64,000 bases of DNA from Iphione sp. A-MEVVRFRX5 (Eukaryota), in contig OZ320320.1 in NCBI GenBank assembly GCA_976226885.1, positions 67,828,001 through 67,892,000 on the forward strand, written 5' to 3'. The notes beneath the pieces were generated by a model, which did not search any database, was not told where the DNA came from, and worked only from the letters and a program-made list of their open reading frames with translations. The translations under genes and the position numbers were made by a program. The first letter of the stretch is position 1. Every line of letters starts with the position of its first letter. Below, one piece after another: positions 52,101-59,900 of the stretch.

Positions 52101-52987
52101 GGAGACAAGTTTACTCAGCATAAATTGCGGGGAAGTACATCCCCGCACAACACTATATATACTTCCTTACACTAGGCATTACACATATCTGATTCATCAG
52201 ATACCGTAGTCTCTCTATATTACTTTTTTTAGACATGTATGCACAAATAGAGGGATACCCGCACATGAACACCACCAGCATGAATAGTGTTTACATGTAA
52301 ACGCGGGTAGTTGCTAAGCCCAGTCTGTGTGCTCCGGTACAATTTTTATTAAAAGCATGTTCACAGTGCTGTTAAAGTTGTGTACATAGTTCACTTTTTT
52401 ACCACTGCACCAAACTGGCGCTCGATAGATACAATACACATATGTGAACGTGACGACCGTCAGCAGTAAGCAATTCGGATTTAGACGGCATTGTCATTGA
52501 AAAATATTAATAGTGACTGATATTGGTTCATCCCAAGGGGCATTATATTGTAACTTAAATATGGAATCACACTGCTTCTTTCTTCCTTTCAAATCAAAGA
52601 TGCATCGTAAGTAAGATGCACGATAAGTAAAAGACTTGGATGCATTGGCCCGCTGTTTATGCGGGGAAATTTACTCATTCTGGGAGACAGTTTTCCGAAA
52701 TTGCCAGGAACGCTCCGAAATCACTTAGCACCAAATTGACTCTCCCGTAAACCCTACCAGCAGTAGTAGTAGGGTGTGACAATCAGACTCAGAGACAGCT
52801 TTACATAATATTACTAGCATGATTTCTTTTCATGACAGAAATAACACGAGATAACATATGTAGAGAACCACTGAAATATAATTCAGGAAGACAACTATCT
52901 ATGAAATTTGATGAAATTTTACGGAAAAGAAGGATAAATTCAAAAGATTTTACCTTGTGTCAACCGAAGCAGCGTCAAGGTCGCCAT
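40149..52987 (-). CDS. SDHD: Succinate dehydrogenase cytochrome b small subunit (4 exons, 159 aa)
   Basis: Exons 52954-52987, 41474-41602, 41060-41207, 40149-40317, all GT-AG and phase-consistent. SHWKGERVL, LDYTVSAAVVLHVHW, VTTDYVHG and GLCYLNYNDIGI match CybS/SDHD. Element 3 lies in intron 1. Confidence 0.92.
40341..40470 (-). pseudogene. Diverged tandem copy of SDHD exon 4 (open, acceptor kept)
   Basis: ctttctgtag|G-AFMGVSLVYTSENLQPFKKPMLLSMLMAAFRGCCYFNFIQLC* aligns to AFQGVTTDYVHGEYLRPLVKPVLLLMSMAAFGGLCYLN. Confidence 0.8.
40512..40612 (-). pseudogene. Second, broken copy of SDHD exon 4
   Basis: AFNQVTTVHSEYF* with an early stop and a weakened acceptor. Confidence 0.7.
40938..41038 (-). 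pseudogene. Partial tandem copy of SDHD exon 3
   Basis: acatgaaagatgacagcagctgacactgcatag... parallels acatgaagtacgacggcagctgacactgtatag... of exon 3. The donor site is lost. Confidence 0.75.
42343..42412 (+). mobile_element. tRNA-derived sequence (probable SINE head or tRNA pseudogene)
   Basis: A box TAGCTCAGTGG (42349) and B box GGTTCAATCC (42392). No convincing acceptor stem or anticodon arm. Confidence 0.55.
42830..43062 (-). repeat. 3' LTR of element 3
   Basis: TGT...ACA. Minus-strand TATAAATA (42945-42952) and AATAAA. Two GCGGAG and four GCGGGG sites. Confidence 0.95.
43063..43097 (-). other. Hairpin + U-tract + polypurine tract (element 3)
   Basis: Sense strand GACTCGG-GGG-CCGAGTC TTTT ACGAGGAGGAGCAG | TGTTG (LTR). 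Confidence 0.8.
43471..44439 (-). CDS. 3'-most accessory ORF of element 3 (frame open for 322 aa, no early ATG), homologue of element 2 ORF4
   Basis: VDEAVATLLGLGE matches IDEAVRTLAELAE, and EWAYGRALTLGEAPPAGWRI matches LWANGRLVTPLVAAPLGWRL. Confidence 0.7.
   Translation of the reverse strand, partial: PSRRETYHPRCPLPRPGGRGRWPSAPRRPPVRATWQTTGGDRNGDQPTGAAVDEAVATLLGLGETEAGADDVPGVRPEEEGGDDEEVPPGPRPPTLSPSTGAHGSEEEGGEGDPAGRQSPERDTATPGAGPRRDQMDVLHERHPRDDLPGPGAGPRREQEEVLHEVRPRAAPPGPGEGGAGPRGAGPPRAATAPTPWPVLSAEEEQELIEWAYGRALTLGEAPPAGWRIRTAETRIRFRLHSARPQVHFDHSAELSPQPDVAQTSVWTWWQARRARGGAHMRLSYNDVMVTNSEDGVASLSADETFVGDQGPTAPIRGGLED
44318..45073 (-). CDS. In-frame continuation of the element 3 ZF ORF after TGA-TGA (251 aa)
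   Basis: VQLWGLDSSSRASTPSLTPQLIAAARLSEARHR aligns with VRLHGLDSSPASTGLTPELKRVAAACEARQR, which lies inside the element 2 ZF ORF. Confidence 0.6.
   Translation of the reverse strand, partial: ASAARGRPATPSPERDDSQTTPDPGQAGSTVPQKPVVSSTGSPAVSLPEGRTSAGSPGLSPGPGTHVQLWGLDSSSRASTPSLTPQLIAAARLSEARHRQQEVAPGGAGGLPAATSPRVSLPGSSPPTPGRGWLLPTDCGAPKGRGLGLGFRHRASPRAGSQPSSALPSPSSVVTDWSEEAAEVIRQAGLGQSERREEPTTSTPSGRVFAVTLSERDLPPSLPTTPAGGAGTLAIGPEEATGKGDVADDRR
45077..45736 (-). CDS. C2H2 zinc-finger protein of element 3 (219 aa from gagATG)
   Basis: MPARKPSPR-CSRCQKVFRRKANLIRHYRVH-EAEGFVRR-CPVPRCKGKIFKRRDDFRRHLRGVH, then charged helix, KKR patch and acidic tract. First ATG after the internal promoter; the frame is open up to about 46444. 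Confidence 0.82.
   Translation of the reverse strand: MPARKPSPRCSRCQKVFRRKANLIRHYRVHEAEGFVRRCPVPRCKGKIFKRRDDFRRHLRGVHQDFQPHYLQIGQDVEVEFMRFSTEAGPLTGTVVPVPPLRQAEFEQEKELEAFERRKELAMIRGEDVPSKKRAKGTTSASMVEEEDSEEEGDDVEEELTSSDDGQLQVVTSGSSGRAASPQPSTSGLQRTTGRRKMTSSPRDLESDSANPPPRKRLP
46092..46164 (-). promoter_or_regulatory. Internal RNA Pol II promoter of element 3
   Basis: Minus strand: AACCAATCAG (CCAAT at 46161-46157), TATATAAG from 46128, Inr CCACTT with A at 46097 (31 nt from the TATA). Confidence 0.72.
46363..50592 (-). CDS. pol: Pol polyprotein PR-RT-RH-IN plus C-terminal extension of element 3
   Basis: Intact 1378-aa ORF (46363..50499), open up to the slippery site. WLVDTGAS, YLDDVIV, HSGALGGHLG, VAVDVSGPF, HSDQGRNF, GVVERFNRTL. 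Confidence 0.96.
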   Translation of the reverse strand, partial: GKRASGRSPAVGRAAVTTLEDPAEDHLWQLRLGEDECQEVVLEGDPDRTGRGIILSSQIRGRKVKWLVDTGASLTILSQKVAEAVGVEGRASVGGRVLCADGTPLKVGGRAEVEVQFESLCVSVKVLIANIDCDGILGMDTLVHWRALLDASTSELRVRVPKDSEGESRRVCLVEDTAVEGGCVGYVEAALVGAARAAEEVLVEGAESFKARSGIRVARTLWETGVTRGQLQLCNPGSTRIRLREGTVIGVATPVSGEEEEEECGRARVVEEGSTRGLAGLLETLPDSLSDSQRQCIEDMLTHCSQVFQREDEPLGRTEVVVHNIDTQGHRPIRQRVRRLPPAKRKAVQKEVDDMLQKGVLEPSTSPWASPVVLVRKKDGGWRFCIDYRALNRVTKKDAYPLPRIDDTLDALQGARYFSAIDLAAGYWQVQLRPEDREKTAVCTSAGLYQFTVMPFGLCNAPSTFEQLMEAVLRGLDGQTCLVYLDDVIVIGRTVEEMVDRLEEVFSRLLQAGLRVKPSKCQLFQEEVAYLGHRVSADGVGPDPEKIRAIQTWPRPRCLTELRSFIGLCSYYRSFVRAFATITAPLNKLLMKDAEFRWDDQCDEAFQELKKRMTSAPVLGYPRPEGQLHLDTDASAGGIGAVLSQDQDGQERVLAYASRTLTKAERNYCVTRKELLAVVFGLRKFRPYLGDQNVCIRTDHNSLRWLCNFKEPEGQLARWLEEVYTYNLEIVHRPGRLHGNADGLSRKVCLQCGRHEEEEDEATEEVCAVRVVPVGEGVLRAAQRREVLTGKIIEALEQGRAPEQDGSISPGNREERCLYGETPRLTLKDGILVRQFDREDGSKTPQAYVPTELRQEVWEQVHSGALGGHLGVKKTEGALRIRYFWPGLGRDVERWGQQCLTCQQTKDPGVKKRSPLMARPIAGPWEFVAVDVSGPFPETRQGNRYVLVVADHFTKWVEAFPVPDFTAETTARVLLKEIVCRYGPPRIVHSDQGRNFESALFRELLKMLGVEKSRTTPYHPQSDGVVERFNRTLNRMLAALVEEGQGDWDEKIPFALAAYRATPHSGTGLTPNSLLLGCETTLPAELMFGQPPEDSEPRGEFVNRQQEELIQAHSLAREKLKRCAERQKDWYDRRVREHVYQEGASVWLLDPTKKIGRSPKLQRHWHGPWVIESRLSQVIYRIAHGRKRRVVHADLLKPAITAPSDNVIGVVHAVWREEMEELEAPRGGTGSGGWSGGGTTTGFAGEQRGQKDLWPPPPRSTFEGPEQALTLRPGHCPPPRWYRPPGEKKDCLAQKKDKRWKPRNNKEGAWAKLVAPLLSKAYLAGVMSLNDKGAKYRLGRLMWKIKGVRRKMEERIGKSTTTAIFREFNQLNEERYRRSLGSRYPHQERGGGHGHRPRQGLRRRGRQSP
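50546..50592 (-). other. Programmed -1 frameshift signal gag/pol (element 3)
   Basis: G GGA AAC (50592-50586) followed by a CGGCCGC..TCCC / GGGA..GCGGCCG hairpin with the gag stop at the loop. Confidence 0.85.
50559..51941 (-). CDS. gag: Gag of element 3 (460 aa from the ATG at 51941)
   Basis: MLRSGR start inside the LTR, RPDTYDGTTSLPDFLHHY, knuckle CFICDDPGHFKKDC. Confidence 0.95.
   Translation of the reverse strand: MLRSGRNIGGSGGIDSPSGAENTDSSDRAEHYYSSDRAEHSYSSKDAEHLYPSEIAETPFPAIGAEDPGAEHGSSGRAENFPRGGKKAPSRFGADTACTLGSEEKETARRRRTLSPFTGAGEGERRAITATPVPAPRPRAVRARELEEEEEDAAVASSEEESSDEEEARPRQEEDPLIQDLVDELRRVARPSERPRRTSIRPDTYDGTTSLPDFLHHYQLVAAANAWDDREKAIQLGVALRKAARTALRNAQVDVEEPGAFDKIVQALRDRFQPADQIDAYMQQLKYRKQGKEEKLADLADDVERLVRLAYPEATGQWKDRMCREYFLGALANEKERKWVTQARVTSFRTALSEAQLAESYYDSKRERTPKRVHVAEHREESVEGKSSGAAEPWRRIEELLGQLVKRQDAGTGARRQGKKKGCFICDDPGHFKKDCPQYKGATSVAATTSGNGPAAAPQQ
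51784..51891 (-). repeat. 27-bp tandem array (4 units) just after the PBS, one CTCCGC per unit
   Basis: Unit gaggagtaagagtgctccgcacgatct and variants; encodes the DRAEHYYSS-like repeat of Gag. Confidence 0.85.
51901..51918 (-). other. Primer-binding site, tRNA-Leu (element 3)
   Basis: ATCCCACCGCTGCCACCA, 1 nt from the LTR. Confidence 0.9.
51920..52152 (-). repeat. 5' LTR of element 3
   Basis: Matches 42830-43062 except for 4 substitutions. Confidence 0.95.
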
Positions 52988-53271
52988 GATCTTTTAGGTG
53001 TCTCTGGAAAATTTATTGTCTTCAGTCAGTGAGTCGCAGCATGATGTTATTTGCATAATATAATTAGGATAATTTCACAGAAATTTTACTTAAATGAATA
53101 CGCAGGATATCAGCGACAGAAAACTAGCTGATGGACAGGGAATGAACTGAATAATTTTTTGGGCGATAAATGGGGTTTGTTTTCGTGGCCGCCTTGAAAG
53201 TTGGTATGGTAGTTGACTAGAGGGTCCTAAGTTCATTAGAGGAAGAGTTTATTTTGAAAGGTAAAACAGAT
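52988..53271. promoter_or_regulatory. Bidirectional promoter region SDHD/gkup
   Basis: Divergent ATGs at 52987 (-) and 53272 (+), 284 bp apart. Confidence 0.7.
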
Positions 53272-56200
53272 ATGATTTGTATAGTATTAGTTGCTGGTCA
53301 TGGAACTCTCTTGGAAACAGAGATCAAAGTAAGTTGTCATACACTTCAATTCTGTTGGGACACGCTTTTCTAACGGGTTGGGAGAGCTTCCCCCTTTGAA
53401 GTGACGACCACCTATGGGCTCCTACGACAGGATCCGGACAATTGGGCCCCCAGATGATTGGGCCCCTAATACTTTCACTTTGGCAATGATGCATGGATTT
53501 GATGCAACCAAGACAATTTTGATGGTAATCATGCAAAGAATATGTCTAACTTGATAAAAAGTCTGCAAGTACCCTATTTAGTGGCTGTTTTAATATAGTC
53601 TAGTCAGCCACCAAAATGTTATGCACAATGGCTGTCACACTGCATGATGTATGTCAGTGTACTTTTCATAAGTATTTAAGGTAGTTACAAAAGACTTTGA
53701 TACGCTTGTGTTATTCCTTGCATTATTCGCTTTCAAATGAATTTTGTTACATAGAAATCAGTGTATTATTTGTGGAGTTAGGTAGGCAGCCAACTTGGTA
53801 GGTGGCCAAGTCAGTCAGCAGCTACATTCAGTGTCAGAGAATGCTTTCAGCAGTATTTTGATTGTGATTCATGTGTGGCGTGGTATTTTATTTTTTTCAA
53901 ACCTTTGTTGTATCTGTTTCATTATGTAGTATTAATTTTATATTGATAACTGTATAGAATAGATAGTGAAGTTGTGGGGTAGATCTATTTATGGGCCCAA
54001 TTGTCTGAAATTAGGGGCCCAATTGTCTGGGAGCCCAATCGTCTGGGGGCCCAATTGTCTGGCATTCAAGGTTCCACACCCCACACAGATCCTTAGACCC
54101 CCACCTTGCACTATCCCCCTCCACCCAGACATATCCCTATTCAGACAGGATTTAGACAGGTTCCAGTGCCTTCTTAGACTGAGGGCGTACTTTCACAACA
54201 ATCATAACACCCCTCCCCCCCCCAAACCAGTCCCCAAACCCCTCCTATCCCCCTCACCTACCCCACACCTACCTCCCTAGGGTCTCTTCCTACACCCCGG
54301 GCTTCACATTCTTTAGAGACATATCTAACAAGTGGCCTCTTCCAGTGCGCTCCCTCTCCGCACTGCACATCTACAACACACCTACATGTGTGGGTTCCAC
54401 TGCCTGAAGAACCTCAAGGACATACTTGTTTGTTCCTGCTTCCCATCTCTCCTCCCTACCCACCCCAAGACTGGGAACAATCCTCTCCTATCTATCCCTC
54501 CCTGTTCCACCTACAAGGGACAGAAGATCCCTTTGGCGATGCCTCACAAAACTGTATATATTGCCCCCACCTCAACAAGACAGGGGCGATAAAGAGTGCC
54601 ACCACAGGACACTCATACATCACTAAACACAACCTCACTTGCTGGAGCTCCAATATCATCTACTGCACCACTTGCAAGAGATGTGGGGCCCCGTATGTGG
54701 AATAAACCAAGAACAGATTAATGTCAGACAGTCTCACCTCTACAACATAACCCGTGGCTTAGATGATAGCTTCATCCCACTTCACTTTACCTTGGGACAT
54801 ACCCCTAAGTGCATCCAGGACATAGAGGTACACATCGTGGACTTCATCCACTGTTGCCCTAGGAGTAACAGAACCGTACATCTATGTCTTCCAATCAAAC
54901 ACCATTGGATTCACCAGCTACGGACCTAGGCACCCCTGGGCCTGCACATGATTTCCTCAGAGAGTGACCACCAAGAGAGAATACTCCCTCTCCACCAGGC
55001 CCTAGCCTCGTAACAATTTTAAAGAATTATCCATAGGGAATTGAAGCCGGTATATACCAGTATCTCAACAACTACTGGATTAAGAGTTTACTAATTGAAC
55101 AAAAAGCAGAAGCTGTGATTTTAATACGCATCCTTTTCTATTTTAAGATGGATGATATAGAAAAATGTAGACAAAAGAATTTACCAATCCATCAGTGCTA
55201 ACAAACATGGTGACTAGAATGCACCCAAAATTCATAGTGTATTGCATTACTAGCTTTCTATGTACATGTATTAAGGAGATGGAAGCCGATCCCGTCAAGA
55301 GGTCAAGGAGAGGCATCACTTATACATATTTAAGTTAATTATTTCAACTTCGAGGTGGGACAAATAGATAGCTCACAGTGATTTCCGACCAGATATGATA
55401 ATTGTTGGACCAAAGCTCGAGTGTCAAGAAGCATGCCAAGTACTAGTACTTTGTATATTTCCCATTTTCCCTTGTGCTACTCTAGAGCTATTCCGTCTGT
55501 TTCTTTCAGAAATCAGTGGAGTATGTTCATCTAGCTGGAGTTCCGAAAGCTTTGCTTCCCGGTGTCGGTGGGAAGCGTATCCTCGACTACTGGTGGGAGG
55601 CACTCAAGACGTATGTACAACCACTGTTATCAATGCCTTCATCTCAATAGTTTCCTCACGACTAAATGTACAGTTCACATTGGAATGTATCCCCCCATGT
55701 GCTGCAAATATTGTTTGATCCAGTAAAAAGATATATGCATATACTTCTATCATGATATGTCAGGTGATTTCAGTTAATATAGGGCTGATAAAACAAACAT
55801 GTATGTACTCAATCTTGATGTTATCGTTCTGAATCTGTGCAAAGTAAAAGACAGAGATATTTCAAGTGTTTATTCATGAAAATAACTGGTTTGACTGGTA
55901 TAGTCGAGTAGCACTTATTTTTCTCACTTAAACTCGACATCTTACTAGGAAGTATTTTAGTAGCCCCAGCAGTTAAAGACAAGTGAAGTGGATAGTGACC
56001 AGGCCATTTCACGGATAGGATATTTATAATCTGGTCTGATTTGTAGAAAATTATTGAAACCTTGTATTATAGGCGCCAACTGTTCACAGAAGTCTACCTG
56101 GTAACAAATGCAGACAAGTGAGTATGCACATGCATTTATTTACATTTTAGAAAAGAAGAAGAAAAATGGGCTATACTTATTAGACAACGGCACAACTTTA

Positions 56201-56934
56201 CTGTGGTCTCGATATTTAACAGGATGAATGTTTGCAACTCGTGTGGTGTAATTGAAATAATCTTGGAATAAAAGTTTTCCCAAATGTAACACTGTAAGCA
56301 TATTTTATCTTAATACACGACTCCTTATTGTGTTCAGATACAAGTACTTTGAGCGCTGGGCTACAGCCAGTGACTTCCCAGTGGAAAACATCATCAACGA
56401 TGGAACCTCCACACAGGCCAGCAAGTGAGTGTGTCAGTATTCGTGGAAAGGTGGACCTAATTCGAGAGTGTGTTTATACATAAGCTGATATGGAAGAGAC
56501 AGGATTTCTTATTCGTAAGATATGATGTCACAGTTCTGAGTCGATTTTCGACACTCTTGTTTAAGAAAATATTCGATTTCTGAATGGTTTTCTTCTGTTA
56601 CCAGTAATATCTTAGGCATAACTATTAGACTCAATATCGAAGACAGGATAACTACAACTAGTTTGTAGAAGAAGATGGCTCTATTCTAGAGTTGGTAGTG
56701 ATATGCAAGTTGTCGGTTCTCTAAGTAGCCTTTATCAGCCATATGGTTTGTGGATACAAGATCATGACTATGTACTGTGAATTAGGTATAGCAGGATGGC
56801 ATGTAAATAAAATGATTGGTTGATGAAAAAAAAGGATTGCAGTGTCCTCACAGATCGTTATTGTTGTATAAAATATGTAAAGGTCAAAATCATAGTCTAA
56901 GTAATCAGTCATAGCTGGAATAAATAACAATCTC

Positions 56935-56991
<57 letters not shown>

Positions 56992-59900
56992 AATAACAAC
57001 AACAACAACAATAACAACACCACATTGCAAAGAGGAATATCAACAAGTCTGAAATATTTAGTTGAATGTGAGTCTAATTCACTGTAATGGAATGGAAAAG
57101 ACATTAATGGACAATCATGGACCCAGTCTTAAAGATAGAAAAGTAATTTAAACTGCCCAAGGTAGGAAAGTCCATAAGAGAATGGCGTGTGTGAAATGTG
57201 TATATTAACACTCAACATGTTGATAAACTTGGTTTTCCAACAAAATATCAGGTAATGACTATTATTCAGATATCAAATCCTGACTCGGTATTAAATTACC
57301 AGAGCATATCACATGGAATTAGTACAGAGTCCAAGTATTCCCTAAATGTTAATGGAAAGGGTGTTTCTGACGTGAATTTCAGCATTAGGAAAGTGTACGC
57401 ATTCATGTGTCAATATGAACGCATGTGGGTTTTACTTGTCAGCGCTCACCATGCTCAGTTGTAGGTCATTTAAACTTTGTAATCCTCCTGCCCGGAACAA
57501 AGACGAAAGAAAATGACAGACAGCATCGAACTAAAATGAAGATCGACAAATTGAAACTGTCATGATGACGAAGGAGATCCTCCTCCAGGGCCGGGATCAT
57601 GAGAGAAGTTTGAACATGTGGAGTTGATTAATGGAAGATTAGTGCGGCCATTGTCTACATAACCATCATCAGTGTATGTATTAAATACATCAGTGTATAA
57701 ATGTATGTCACTTTGGTCCCACATGAAGGCTTGGTGCGGTGGCTGATTGTGACCTGGTCCTGCGGATGAAGAAGGTCAAGGACGATGTACTTGTGGTAGG
57801 CACTCATTGTAACATCAGTGTCGGAGTCATGATTTGGTGTAAGAGCCACCCACGCCTTGCACTTCTTAGTCCCTATTGTATCTTGTTCTGTATCCTGTGA
57901 TATATCCCACCATGTGCCATATCATGCCATGTCACATCTTATAAACTATATGCCCGACATTTCCTGACTGTACTCGGGCAAATTAGTCGAAACAAAACAT
58001 ACCTCCCCTTATTAGGTATCTGTGGTATCTCATGATATCTTGTATATGCTCTTTATCATACAACACCCTATCATATTCCCAACAATTCCTGACCATTCTC
58101 TTTGAAATGAGCCAGAGTGTCAAATTATTATGCATTTGTGGACAAATATAGACGGAAATTGCTGGGTTAGAAATTGGAGTGAATGAAAGACCAACTCATA
58201 TCTTGGATTTTTAAGATGGTGAAACCCTTTATTCACGTATCACTATATAGTATGATACATAACAGAAATGAAATTTAAAAGATATTGGACTCAAAACCGT
58301 TTAATTCAAGCAAATCAAGCCCTTTTTCATAGTCAGCCAGGAATCATGTGGTCTTATCTGTGAATTGATATAAAGTATCCTTAATCTCCACGAATGGAAT
58401 TAGCCCATAATTACCCTACATATTCCATTACACATTCCATTTTATATCCCACCTTACTATTCCCTAATATATAACTTCCTACCATATACCTCACTGTTCC
58501 TGATCATACTCTCTCAAATAAGAGACACTTGAATATAATTTCTACGCCTTATTAAACTTCTTACCATATCCCAGCATCTCATTTGATCTAATTCTCACTG
58601 TTCTTTGCTGTACCCTATCAGGTAACCTGAGATATACTACCCCAAACGATTTACTACCGTTTTTACTACCACACCCTATATAACCTACCATACTCTATTG
58701 TATTCGCTACTGCACCTCACAATACTCCACGGTAACTTGTTTTATGGAACGCAATTTCTTGGTGTGGCTTTATTTTAAGTCACAGCAAGGTGCACCTTTA
58801 AATCCCTCCAGATTCCCACCCAGCCCGACACACACTTTCACAGTGTTGATTTTTAGGTATGAGTTGAGATGCGTTTCCCCTAAACATACCCTATATATAC
58901 CCTACTGTATTGCAACATACCTGATAATACCTTAAGTAACATATCATTTCTCAATATACTTTAGCAAGGCTTAGCTTACTTAATCATACCCTTCCATAGA
59001 CTGTACCATACCTCGTCGTGACTAGCCTATCATATACAAAGACCTCTTGTAATCAATATTCCACTGTATTTTTTCGTGCTGACATTTGTAAGAGGAGGAT
59101 TTTCTAGTATTTATGTAAATGTCATCCTAGGATTTAAATTCAGTGCTTTTCAACGCTCTAAAAGTTCATTTTGTCCGTTTTGTGTTCCCATGCCTCAGGT
59201 CGCTGGTGACATGCTATTCCAAGACACACGCTTTGACCTTGCTCAGGTCATCAATTACTTCCGGTTGAAGCAGGAAGGTGACCTTGCCATCTACTATGAG
59301 ATGCTGCCAGAGGAGGATGTGGCAACACGTGGCATTGTGGAGGTTCTCTCCGACCACAGGTAGGGGACGGATCGATAAAGAATATCTAGCCATTGTCAGA
59401 CAGAGTTTAAGTAGTTGATTCTTAAATATTTCAGTCCAGCTTTTGTAGGAAACCTTCTTCTATGCTTTGGACTGCTGTGGTGAAAGTAAGCTGGGTGAAC
59501 TGTAAATGTATGAACTCTGTCTGGTCCTTAGCGGAGTTCCATCAGGCATGGGAAATGGAAATGGGAAAGGCATGGGACACCAGCGAAAGTGCACGCTCTT
59601 TCTCTGGTGTCCATGCTTGAAGAAAATATTGAGTCATTGATTCTATATCTCCACTTGAGCTGCTTGTCGCCCGTAGTCTGTAAGTTCCATAAATATTTGT
59701 CTGCTTCTGTGTGCATGTCTGTATGTGTGTAATCTGAATCTGTAGAATTACTCTTGTCTGATTCTCAGTGCGTCTGAAGCTCTCAGTATGAATTACTGGC
59801 CTTTGTCTGTGTCTATGAACTCCTTCAGTGCCTGCCTGTCAGTGTATTTGTGTCCTTTTTCTCTGTGTCTGCTTCTATCTGATTTTTTCTGTCTGTCAGT

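Larger units (their letters stand above)
42830..52152 (-). mobile_element. Full-length Ty3/Gypsy LTR retrotransposon, element 3 (9323 bp)
   Basis: 233-bp LTRs with 4 differences, tRNA-Leu PBS, PPT, intact gag and pol, accessory ORFs. Left flank ATAT, right flank CTATAT. Confidence 0.96.
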
